Notes: generated from the sequence alone by a model not told the origin. 60,139 nucleotides of DNA from Bacteroidota bacterium (GCA_021823405.1 JAKAOA010000003.1:1-60139); one strand, 5' to 3'; numbered from the stretch's first letter, positions 1 to 8,437 are shown. Numbers and translations: made by a program.

Positions 1-428
1 CGATCTTTGCAAATCAGTGCCGGTATATCTCTATAATTTACTATTAAATCCTTTCATCTATTTTTATTGGCTTTATTCATTTGCGCTGCCTAACCCCAAT
101 TACAGCAGTATTTTAGCAATAGAATTAAGCACAAGATAAAATGACAACATCTACAATAAGCCAAAGTTAATCTTTTTTACCTCTCACCCTCTTCTTGCAC
201 AAGGAGAGGGCAGGGTGAGGTAGAGTAATGGCTGATTGAGTTCAAGTGAACCCTCTCCTTACTCAAGGAGAGGGCAGGGTGAGGTAGAGTAATGGTCGTT
301 TGAGTTCAAGTGAACCCTCTTCTTGCACAAAGAGAGGGCAGGGTGAGGTAGAATAAGGGCAGAATGAGGCAGATTGTTAATAAATAAATTATCAATATAT
401 GTATTATGTAATAAATAATGTATATATT
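1..428. repeat. Long direct repeat, copy A. It may continue past the left window edge and lies 3' of the cassette.
   Basis: Near-identical to 3615..4104 with only scattered substitutions, except that it carries one fewer 64-bp unit. Both copies end at the shared ...aataatgtatatatt. Confidence 0.9.
187..378. repeat. Tandem array of 3 x 64-bp units, each with a 10-bp-stem hairpin.
   Basis: Units start at 187, 251 and 315. Each has the form ccctctcctt-nnnn-aaggagaggg followed by cagggtgaggtagagtaatgg..tgagttcaagtgaa. Confidence 0.9.
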
Positions 429-433
429 CTATA

Positions 434-639
434 GTACCCGCTAAGCTTAGCCCGCTGTAATTTGTTTTGCGGGCTGGCTTAGTGGGTTAGTAAAAAGTAA
501 GCTGTGCTTATTATATTTGCAATATGAAAACTATTTTTAAGTATAACTTAAAGGACTTTTTACCCACTAAGGCAATTTCTGCCCGAACTGTAGCAGGCGG
601 GCACGAAACAAATGCAGGTGAATTGACCTTAGCGGGTAC
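434..639. repeat. 206-bp palindromic element with nested inverted repeats around a promoter-like box.
   Basis: gtacccgctaag (434-445) is the exact reverse complement of cttagcgggtac (628-639). cttagtgggt (478-487) is the reverse complement of acccactaag (562-571). Each arm also has its own GC hairpin (agcccgc..gcgggct and tgcccg..cgggca). TATATTTG lies at 512-519 in the centre. Confidence 0.75.
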
Positions 640-769
640 GGGTTTAAGAGATGATAAAAACAAAAGCGAGATTTTTGTTGACAGGCGAAAGTGTCTATCT
701 GAACGTCATCCCTTTATGGGGCAGGAGAATAAAGTTTGTCTTAAGAGAAAAGACAAATAAGGAAAGATC

Positions 770-1177
770 CTAAGTACCCGCGGCATTACGTTCAAAATCA
801 AGTGGCGCAGATTTCTTGGCTAGTTTCTTAGCTATTCTCTTGGTATCACCGAGAATTAATGCATGCGCTCCATTTTGCGTATCTTCAGCAGGATAGGGGT
901 CATGTCTACACTCATAATTATTCTCTATTGGAATTTGGGCTAAAAATTCGGCAACTCTAAAGGATGTAAGTTCCCCTATAAATCTATTAATATCAAGTGT
1001 CAGAACCTTAATATTTATAGATAATCCATTTTCATCTCGTTTTGTTTTGAAAGCTGCACTGGTAGGATAATAACGACCATCAATCTTTTTAAAGAAGTGG
1101 ACAAATATAGGGTTGTCTATAATTGGAAACCTTCGAAGTAAATAATCTTCATTTATTATGGAATATAAAGTACACAT
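770..1177 (-). CDS. Hypothetical 135-aa protein, third gene of the cassette operon. No family assigned.
   Basis: The ORF starts 1 nt after the upstream gene's stop. Local pattern is ..YYPTSAAFKTK..GLSINI.. and ..NGAHALILGD... AT-rich codon usage matches its two partners. Confidence 0.65.
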   Translation of the reverse strand: MCTLYSIINEDYLLRRFPIIDNPIFVHFFKKIDGRYYPTSAAFKTKRDENGLSINIKVLTLDINRFIGELTSFRVAEFLAQIPIENNYECRHDPYPAEDTQNGAHALILGDTKRIAKKLAKKSAPLDFERNAAGT

Positions 1178-1178
1178 G

Positions 1179-1673
1179 TTAAACTGCTACAAATAGGTCT
1201 AAAACAGAATATGGATCCGATAGCTTATCTTCAACTGTAATATCACCTTCATTGTTATAAATAATAAGATTCAGTTGCCCGTTCTCACCTATCTCGATTT
1301 CTGCCATTGCATTTTCATCATCGAATTCAAATTGCACCCCACCATCTCTCATTGGGAAAACATTAATGTGAGCAGTATTAGTTGAACCAATGTGAGTATC
1401 TATAATACCCAATATTTCTATAGCTTTAATTATAGCCGTAGGAGAAATTGCATTAGCATTGTAGCTATCCCAATTCTGTTTAAGATCTTTAAAAGAATTT
1501 ATTGAATTAAGTAGCTTTAAATACCTATCATCGGTTACTGTGGGTGTACTAATATCAAAAAAAGGTACAGGTCCTTGTATAAATAAGTTATTGGCGGTAC
1601 TACCAGTTACGAAAGTACTCCAAGTCTTGGAGTCCATGGTATTGTCAAATAATAATTCCGGAGTATATGCCAT
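1179..1673 (-). CDS. Hypothetical 164-aa protein, second gene of the cassette operon. Possibly immunity/antitoxin-like.
   Basis: There is a 2-nt gap to the upstream gene's stop. The motif LKQNWDSYNANAISPTAI is reminiscent, from memory, of small immunity-type proteins. The C-terminus is acidic. Confidence 0.65.
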   Translation of the reverse strand: MAYTPELLFDNTMDSKTWSTFVTGSTANNLFIQGPVPFFDISTPTVTDDRYLKLLNSINSFKDLKQNWDSYNANAISPTAIIKAIEILGIIDTHIGSTNTAHINVFPMRDGGVQFEFDDENAMAEIEIGENGQLNLIIYNNEGDITVEDKLSDPYSVLDLFVAV

Positions 1674-1675
1674 AT

Positions 1676-3526
1676 TTAATTGTTTGGAAATTTATAATTA
1701 CTTAATTTAAGTATTATACATAGAGCATAAAGAGGGTGAACAAAAGAATATTCATAATTGTCCATTAATCCGTGCGCTATGCGGTTTCTAAGATTTATTC
1801 CAGCTTTATCGGATAATATATATCTCATAAAAAACACATTATCCTGTCCCAACTGAAATTTTAATCCGTCTAATAGTTCATCAAGTATACATTCCATTAT
1901 AATTCCGGATGGACCTTTAGGAACTGGCTTGAACGAGGGAATCCCAAATTTTGTGCATAATTCTCTAAGTAAGTATTCTATTTTTAGAATAAGAGAATCT
2001 GTGGCTATCATAAAATTTGGTGACTGAGTTGGATGGTTTTTCCAATATTCTAATTCTTTAAAGAAAAGTTCAAGACCGGGCGAAATCATTGCCAAATAAT
2101 CGATTTCTTTCTCTGTTCCGTAAACTTTTCTAATGGCTGGGGCATTCAACCATGTTTTTTTTAAGAATGAAATAACTGAAACATAAGAAATCTTTTCTGC
2201 TCTATGTGCCTCTAAAAAGAAATTTATTAAGGTTTGGGTTGCGACCTGGAAATGAATACCATATACTCTTTTAAATGTAAAATCATTCTTTTCATCATCT
2301 GAGGTATATTTAGCTATCGTATTCCCAAATTTATCTATAACTTCTGAATTCATTAAATTAAGTAAGACGTTTTCATGGGACATTCCTTTTGACATTTCCT
2401 TAATCTCCTCCAAGGGTCTGATCATAGGTAAAAAAAGCAGTGTCTTGATTATGGTCTCTTGGTCTCCATTGGTCACGGTATCTTTTATGTAATCCAGTAT
2501 TTCTTTTGTTTCGTCGTCAGTAAAAGACATTCTACTTTTATTTAACGTAAAGTGGTTCCGGTATTTGACATATTCGACTTGTAGTCGCTTATGATTCTTT
2601 TCGTCCTTTAAATCCTTGTGGATTTTCATTGCTTGTACAATAAAAGATACGGTAGAGATATCGTCTCTTTTTAGACCTTCTTTCGCTAAAATTTCACATT
2701 GGTTAGCTTTTAGACGCAAAAAGGTTTCACGACTTGATTTGGTGAGTTTAATTAGTTTCAAACTAATGTCACTTGTATAAATAGCTCCCCAGGCATTATT
2801 GTGATTGCTTAAGAAGTTAGCAGCTTCTAAATTTTTGGTTAGTATTCTTGAAACATCTACATACCTGCTGAATTCCCTATAATATTTTATTGCGAAGTCT
2901 GTTAAGTCAATAATTACTCGCAAAGTACTTCTACTATTTAAATTCCATTCACTGTGAGTTGTAACAATATAATCGGTTAAGAATTTAACTTTTTCAGCGA
3001 ATTTTCGATAATAAGCGATATAATAGGCATTGCTTAAAGCTGCTTTGAAATTAAAAATGTAATGAAATTCATCATCGTTGATCTTAGCTTTGTTTAGATA
3101 ACTGTTTGTTAAATCAATTAAGGTGTCAAGCAAAACTATAGACTCTTCTTTTGATAATTTACCCTTGTAAAAGAGTAGCAATCCATATTCGGATTTTGCA
3201 TATTTGTTTTTGCATGATTGGAATCGCTTATGGATATGTTCGAATTGATAGTTGTCCCATTCCCTGATATTGGGCCACTCGAACGGGACAATTGTCCCAT
3301 CGTCCAATTTCCGCTCACCCCTCAATTTAAAAAATACTCCTTTGTCGGGATTTTTATTAAATTCGAAAGTATGTCTCTCGGCTTCAGATTTAAGGAGATC
3401 ATCTTCTAGATTTTCCTTATGAAATTCATCACTAACTTCAATGAATTCATGGAGAATGAGATCCTTTTGCCTTTCATCCCAGTCAGACTCATCAATTTTT
3501 TTATATACCTGATTAAGTAGACTCAT
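1676..3526 (-). CDS. 616-aa protein with a C-terminal HEPN-like (Rx4H) motif, DUF4209/Abi-like. Putative RNase effector.
   Basis: The long ORF is clean. The C-terminus reads ...SDKAGINLRNRIAHGLMDNYEY..., which is R-N-x-x-A-H with a polar residue after Arg, as in HEPN active sites. The preceding ~540 aa are helical and K/E/N-rich with no recognisable domain. Confidence 0.75.
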   Translation of the reverse strand: MSLLNQVYKKIDESDWDERQKDLILHEFIEVSDEFHKENLEDDLLKSEAERHTFEFNKNPDKGVFFKLRGERKLDDGTIVPFEWPNIREWDNYQFEHIHKRFQSCKNKYAKSEYGLLLFYKGKLSKEESIVLLDTLIDLTNSYLNKAKINDDEFHYIFNFKAALSNAYYIAYYRKFAEKVKFLTDYIVTTHSEWNLNSRSTLRVIIDLTDFAIKYYREFSRYVDVSRILTKNLEAANFLSNHNNAWGAIYTSDISLKLIKLTKSSRETFLRLKANQCEILAKEGLKRDDISTVSFIVQAMKIHKDLKDEKNHKRLQVEYVKYRNHFTLNKSRMSFTDDETKEILDYIKDTVTNGDQETIIKTLLFLPMIRPLEEIKEMSKGMSHENVLLNLMNSEVIDKFGNTIAKYTSDDEKNDFTFKRVYGIHFQVATQTLINFFLEAHRAEKISYVSVISFLKKTWLNAPAIRKVYGTEKEIDYLAMISPGLELFFKELEYWKNHPTQSPNFMIATDSLILKIEYLLRELCTKFGIPSFKPVPKGPSGIIMECILDELLDGLKFQLGQDNVFFMRYILSDKAGINLRNRIAHGLMDNYEYSFVHPLYALCIILKLSNYKFPNN

Positions 3527-3614
3527 GCCATTAGTGTATAGTTACTTAAATATACAGAAAAAAAGTCGTTCATACACTGTTTACAATATATAGCCATAAA
3601 ATCTCCCGTAGGCG

Positions 3615-4104
3615 CTGATTTGTAATCAGTGCCGGTATATCTCTTTAATTTACAATTAAATCCTTTCATCTATTTTTATTGGCTTTATTCATTTGCACTG
3701 CCTAACCCCAATTACAGCAGCATTTTAGCAATAGAATTAAGCACAAGATAAAATGACAACATCTACAATAAGCCAAAGTTAATCTTTTTTACCTCTCACC
3801 CACTTCTTGCATAAGGAGAGGGCAGGGTGAGGTATAGTAATGGTGGTTTGAGTTCAAGTGAACCCTCTCCTTACTTTAGGAGAGGGCAGGGTGAGGTATA
3901 GTAATGGTCGTTTGAGTTCAAGTGAACCCTCTCCTTACTCAAGGAGAGGGCAGGATGAGGTAGAATAATGGTCGTTTGAGTTCAAGTGAACCCTCTCCTT
4001 GCACAAGGAGAGGGCAGGGTGAGGTAGAATAAGGGCAGGATGAGGCAGATTGTTAATAAATAAATTATCAATATATGTATTATGTAATAAATAATGTATA
4101 TATT
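3615..4104. repeat. Long direct repeat, copy B. It is the 5' leader/promoter region of the cassette operon.
   Basis: Aligns to 1..428 and carries four rather than three 64-bp units. Confidence 0.9.
3799..4054. repeat. Tandem array of 4 x 64-bp hairpin units.
   Basis: Units start at 3799, 3863, 3927 and 3991. The consensus is the same as at 187..378, and variation is concentrated in the loop and upper stem (ttgcataa, ttactttag, ttactcaag, ttgcacaag). Confidence 0.9.
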
Positions 4105-4270
4105 TGCGTTCTTTAGCGATGAGAGATAAGATATGAGCTATAAACGATAAGCTATGAGATATAAGCTATAAGATATAAAAGATGAACAATGAGATAAACT
4201 TCTAACTGCTATAAAATGATTTTGATAACAGAAAATATAGTGCCTGTGAATTATTTTGTAAAGGAAAAAA

Positions 4271-4314
4271 TACCGGCAATGAATGAAAATGCAAAACATT
4301 CATGTCGCTATAAC
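4271..4314. repeat. 44-bp palindromic element, copy 1 of 2 in the window.
   Basis: taccggcaatgaatgaaaatgcaaaacattcatgtcgctataac matches 45491..45534 at about 40 of 44 positions. Its core is atgaatg..cattcat. Confidence 0.7.
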
Positions 4315-4794
4315 GTCAAATTTTCAAATCTTTATAAAATTATTGGAAATCAACATGTTTCATTAAAATATCTGAAATACACCTCCACCCCCCAATATGA
4401 AAAAATACGCATTTTCCGACAAAAAGCGACAGAATTTGCTACGCCTTTCAGGACTGGTATCAACAGGGAACAGCCATACGGACAGGGCAATAGACAAGGT
4501 GTTAATGGTGCGGCGCCGTTTTCGGCTAATTACGTCGGCAGGTGCAAGAGAAATATTGGCTCAATCCCGCGAACCAACTATAATTGTTGAAATTCAGCGA
4601 ACAAGAGAAATAGCAGAAAATAGCGCTGTTATCAAAAAAGCCATAATTAGCCATTTTTAGCCAAATGTTAAAATATAGGCATACACTCCCCGTAAACGAT
4701 TTTGCTTCGCTAAATCAATTGCCGGCAATATACAATGGCACCGGCATGTTTAACTTACGATTAACTTTTTGCCGAAGAGATGAGCGGAAATGAT

Positions 4795-4802
4795 TAAATT
4801 TG
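4795..4802 (+). promoter_or_regulatory. Bacteroidota -7 promoter box (TAnnTTTG) for clpX.
   Basis: TAAATTTG lies 40 nt upstream of the clpX ATG. Confidence 0.45.
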
Positions 4803-4841
4803 CATAAACTAATTTGACATCGGCGCGAAAATTCAACTCCA

Positions 4842-6089
4842 ATGGCGGAAAAAGATTTAATAAAATGTTCCTTTTGCGGTAAAGACAAAAAGGATGTTTT
4901 CATGATGATAGGCGGTTTGAGCGGTCATATCTGTAATCAATGTATTGAGCAGGCGCAAAAGATTGTAGAGGAAGAATACAAGCAGCGGCTCCAGCCCAAC
5001 AAAATTCAACTGACAAAACCTTCGGAAATAAAGAGGCGGCTCGATGAATATATTATTGACCAGGATGACGCCAAAAAGGTAATGTCGGTGGCAGTGTACA
5101 ACCATTACAAGAGAATACTTCAGAATAAGTCGGAGAAACAGAACGACGAAGATGATGTTGAACTCGAAAAGTCGAACATCATTCTGGTAGGAGAAACGGG
5201 AACAGGCAAAACCCTCCTCGCCCAAACAATAGCCCGTATTTTAAATGTACCCTTCTGCATTGCTGATGCAACCGCCTTCACCGAAGCCGGCTATGTAGGC
5301 GAAGATGTGGAGAATGTACTCGTGCGGCTGCTGCAAGCGGCAAATTACGATGTAGCGGCAGCTGAAAAGGGCATAGTTTTTATAGACGAAATAGATAAAA
5401 TATCGCGCAAAGAAGGTGACAGCCCTTCCATAACAAGAGATGTAGGCGGCGAGGGCGTTCAGCAGGCATTGCTTAAAATGCTTGAAGGTTCAATAGTAAA
5501 TGTTCCTCCTCATGGCGGTAGAAAACATCCCGAACAGAAGACCATCCCTGTGAATACCAAAGACATATTATTCGTATGCGGCGGAGCGTTCAACGGTATA
5601 GAGAAAAAAATTGGACGGCGGCTACAGTCGCATGCCATCGGTTACTTTTCTCAAAGCGAAAAGCAGGAAATAGACCGTAATAATATGCTACAGTATGTTT
5701 CGCCGGAAGACCTGAAAAGTTTCGGTTTAATACCGGAACTTATAGGACGGCTTCCTGTAATTACCTTCCTTAACCCGCTCAACAAGGAAAGTTTGAAACG
5801 AATACTTACCGAACCGAAGAACGCTCTTATAAGGCAATACACCAAGTTATTCGCCATCGACGGGATAAAACTTACCTTTGATAAAAGTGTGTACAACCTT
5901 ATTGTGGAAAAAGCCCTTGACTATAAACTCGGGGCAAGAGGATTGCGCGCTATCTGTGAGGCGATACTTACCGATGCCATGTACGAAACGCCTTCAAAAT
6001 CGGACGTAAAGGAATTTCATGTAACATTGCGATATGCAAAAGAGAAAATAGAACGTTCTGCATCTCTTAATCGTCTTAAGGCGGCTTAA
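4842..6089 (+). CDS. clpX: ATP-dependent Clp protease ATP-binding subunit ClpX.
   Basis: N-terminal zinc finger CSFCGK..CNQC, Walker A GETGTGKT, and [31 protein letters not shown]. Confidence 0.97.
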   Translation: MAEKDLIKCSFCGKDKKDVFMMIGGLSGHICNQCIEQAQKIVEEEYKQRLQPNKIQLTKPSEIKRRLDEYIIDQDDAKKVMSVAVYNHYKRILQNKSEKQNDEDDVELEKSNIILVGETGTGKTLLAQTIARILNVPFCIADATAFTEAGYVGEDVENVLVRLLQAANYDVAAAEKGIVFIDEIDKISRKEGDSPSITRDVGGEGVQQALLKMLEGSIVNVPPHGGRKHPEQKTIPVNTKDILFVCGGAFNGIEKKIGRRLQSHAIGYFSQSEKQEIDRNNMLQYVSPEDLKSFGLIPELIGRLPVITFLNPLNKESLKRILTEPKNALIRQYTKLFAIDGIKLTFDKSVYNLIVEKALDYKLGARGLRAICEAILTDAMYETPSKSDVKEFHVTLRYAKEKIERSASLNRLKAA

Positions 6090-6117
6090 ACCCTAATAAC
6101 CGGACATACATACAGAT

Positions 6118-6708
6118 ATGAAAAAGGGATATATTGTTCTTATAGTAATACTGGGATTATTGTTGATGATGTTTCTATGGGTTAAGAACATCTACAATAA
6201 TATAGTTACCATGGATGAAGCGGTAACCGCCCAATGGCATAACGTAGAAACTCAATACCAGCGTCGTATGGACCTTATCCCTAACCTTGTAAACACTGTA
6301 AAGGGATACGCCAATTTTGAAAAATCAACGCTCACAGCAGTAATAGATGCCAGAGCCAACGCTTCTAAAGTTACCATTGACCCAAGCCATATCACCCCAG
6401 ACCAGATGCAGCAGTTCGAAGCGGCACAGGGGCAGTTGTCCTCATCTTTATCCCGGCTTCTGGTTACTGTTGAGCGCTACCCTGACTTGAAAGCCGACCA
6501 AAATTTTTTGAGTTTGCAGGCGCAGCTTGAAGGCACCGAGAACCGTATTGCAACCGAACGCCGTCGGTTCAATGAAGCTGCCCAGGATTTTAACACCTAT
6601 ATCAGGCGCTTCCCGCAGAATATTTTTGCAGGAATGTTTAATTTCCAGACGAGGGCATATTTCAGTTCCGACCAGGGCGCCGAAAAGGCACCACAGGTGA
6701 ATTTTTAA
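6118..6708 (+). CDS. lemA: LemA family membrane protein.
   Basis: An N-terminal TM segment followed by QWHNVETQYQRRMDLIPNLVNTVKGYANFE, typical of LemA. Confidence 0.9.
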   Translation: MKKGYIVLIVILGLLLMMFLWVKNIYNNIVTMDEAVTAQWHNVETQYQRRMDLIPNLVNTVKGYANFEKSTLTAVIDARANASKVTIDPSHITPDQMQQFEAAQGQLSSSLSRLLVTVERYPDLKADQNFLSLQAQLEGTENRIATERRRFNEAAQDFNTYIRRFPQNIFAGMFNFQTRAYFSSDQGAEKAPQVNF

Positions 6709-6791
6709 CTGACTGTTGAATAGCCCAAAGCGCCTGTGCCATCCGGAAAATGGCGTCAGTAAAAATTCAATGGGTTCTTACTGCGGAGCGG

Positions 6792-7940
6792 TTACTTCAG
6801 CAGCTGGTGTATCCTTATGCTTGTGCTCATGAATAATATTTTTGGATTGGCGTTCCGCTCAATTGCATGAAAGACCTTATTCAGCTCTTCAGCAATGAGC
6901 GCTGCCTGCGAAAACGGAAGATACGTTGAAAACTTTATCAGAAATTCCTCTTCGTTTTGTCGCAACCTCACCGGGAATCCAACCCCAAGCAGTAAACTCT
7001 GTCTTATCAGTTGAATGCAGTACGCCATGAACTGTTTCTGCTTTTCCCTGCCAATGCCCGCCATTTCGGTAACCCATCCGATAATACCTTCCCCATTCAG
7101 TTTCATACATATTCTCATCCATTCTGCGAACTTCTGAAAATGAAAGTCGGTATGCTCTTTATCGCTTGCCAGTATTCGGGCAACGCGGTAGTTGCCTTCT
7201 GATGTTTGCGCTATATATCGGGCTGCCTCGCCGGTGAGTTCATATTTGCATATCAGGTCAGCTATCATCTCTTCTTCGTCTATTCGCGGCACCCTTGTAA
7301 GCTGCGTTCTGGATAATATGGTAATGGGGAGATGGGAGTTTTCCGTTATTAATATGAAGATGGTCTTATCCGGCGGCTCTTCCAGTACTTTCAGTATCTT
7401 ATTGGCAGTGGTAATATTCATCTTTTCAGCCATCCACATAATCACAACCTTATACGAACCCTCGAACGAGGTAAGGCTTAGCTGATGAATTATTTCTCTG
7501 GCTTCATCCACACCTATTACCATCTGCTTGTTCTCCACTTCAAGCGCTTCCATCCAGTCGGCAAGCGATAAGTAAGGGTTTTGCAGAAATGCCTCCTTCC
7601 ATTGATGGAATACATCTATGCTTTTGCTTATCCCGCCTGATTTTGACTCTGTCCCTCGTATGCCGCCTTCCTTCGATTTGGTAAGGGAAAGAGGATAAAC
7701 AAAATGAACATCGGGATGCATGAGTTTGGCTATTTTGCGGCATTCCGGACACTCGCCGCATGAATCGGTTTCGCTTTTATTTTTACAAAAAAGGTATTGA
7801 ATGTATGCCATTACTAGCGGAAGCGCTCCGTTGCCTTCAGGTCCGGCGAATAGTTGCGCGTGGCTTATTCGCCCTTCTCTTGCAGATTGCAGAATAGATT
7901 GTTTTACACGCTTTTGTCCTATTACTTCGGAGAATTGCAT
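6792..7940 (-). CDS. holB: DNA polymerase III subunit delta'.
   Basis: ISHAQLFAGPEGNGALP (AAA+ P-loop variant), zinc module CGECPECRKI, and LKVLEEPP. Confidence 0.9.
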   Translation of the reverse strand: MQFSEVIGQKRVKQSILQSAREGRISHAQLFAGPEGNGALPLVMAYIQYLFCKNKSETDSCGECPECRKIAKLMHPDVHFVYPLSLTKSKEGGIRGTESKSGGISKSIDVFHQWKEAFLQNPYLSLADWMEALEVENKQMVIGVDEAREIIHQLSLTSFEGSYKVVIMWMAEKMNITTANKILKVLEEPPDKTIFILITENSHLPITILSRTQLTRVPRIDEEEMIADLICKYELTGEAARYIAQTSEGNYRVARILASDKEHTDFHFQKFAEWMRICMKLNGEGIIGWVTEMAGIGREKQKQFMAYCIQLIRQSLLLGVGFPVRLRQNEEEFLIKFSTYLPFSQAALIAEELNKVFHAIERNANPKILFMSTSIRIHQLLK

Positions 7941-7980
7941 CGGCGTTATTAAAAGGAGGTGAATGAAAAATAGAGAGGAA

Positions 7981-8409
7981 TTATTCTTTCAGGAGGTAAG
8001 TGTAACGAACGGTAATCAGGTCGGGGGTTTGATAGTCGAGAACAAGCTTGTTCGCCTCAATACTAATGGCTTTGAACAGCATCTTGGTTTCGGTTGTAGC
8101 TCCGGATGATTTCGATACGGTATTTAAATAAACGCCTGCGGCTTTCCATGTTCCGCTGCCGCTAACGCCTTCTGTAGTAATTAAAAAAGAGCCATCTGTG
8201 TTGAATGTCACACAGTCGCCTTTTTCTTTGGCGTTTGCCGTATGCGCAACATCGAACATTTCAACCGAATCCAGTTTCCACGTTTTGCAGAGCATTTTAA
8301 CCTTGTCCGCCGTAAGGTTTACGCCGTGCGATACTCTCCACGATGGCTGCGCCCTACCTGAAAGCGATACCATTATAACGAGGATGGAAATTAAAGCTGT
8401 TTTTTTCAT
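7981..8409 (-). CDS. Small secreted hypothetical protein, lipocalin-like by size.
   Basis: Signal peptide MKKTALISILVIMVSLSGRAQ. The start was chosen at the internal Met rather than the ORF-track start at 8448. Confidence 0.6.
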   Translation of the reverse strand: MKKTALISILVIMVSLSGRAQPSWRVSHGVNLTADKVKMLCKTWKLDSVEMFDVAHTANAKEKGDCVTFNTDGSFLITTEGVSGSGTWKAAGVYLNTVSKSSGATTETKMLFKAISIEANKLVLDYQTPDLITVRYTYLLKE

Positions 8410-8437
8410 GATTTTTTGGGATTGATATTTATACAGA

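Noticed and set aside
187-378. The regularly spaced palindromic repeats here and at 3799-4054 could be read as a CRISPR array.
   Set aside because: The whole 64-bp unit is conserved from copy to copy, so there are no unique spacers. The two arrays are copies of each other, and there are no cas genes. This is a tandem repeat, not a CRISPR.
524-760. 78-aa plus-strand ORF between repeat copy A and the cassette.
   Set aside because: It lies largely inside the palindromic element, its sequence is dictated by the inverted repeats, it has no recognisable domain, and it is antisense-adjacent to the operon. It is most likely not coding.
1-4200. Calling the cassette a transposon, integron cassette or integrative element.
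   Set aside because: No transposase, integrase, attC-like site or tRNA target is visible in the window. Only the direct repeats and the composition suggest mobility, so no mobile-element feature is claimed.
4216-4660. Two overlapping plus-strand ORFs (124 aa and 87 aa) upstream of clpX.
   Set aside because: They overlap each other in different frames, have odd composition and no motifs, and no promoter or start context favours either one. I left the region as unexplained intergenic sequence.
6709-6791. A possible terminator between lemA and holB (gccat-ccggaaa-atggc).
   Set aside because: The stem is only 5 bp with no U-tract on either strand, which is too weak to report.
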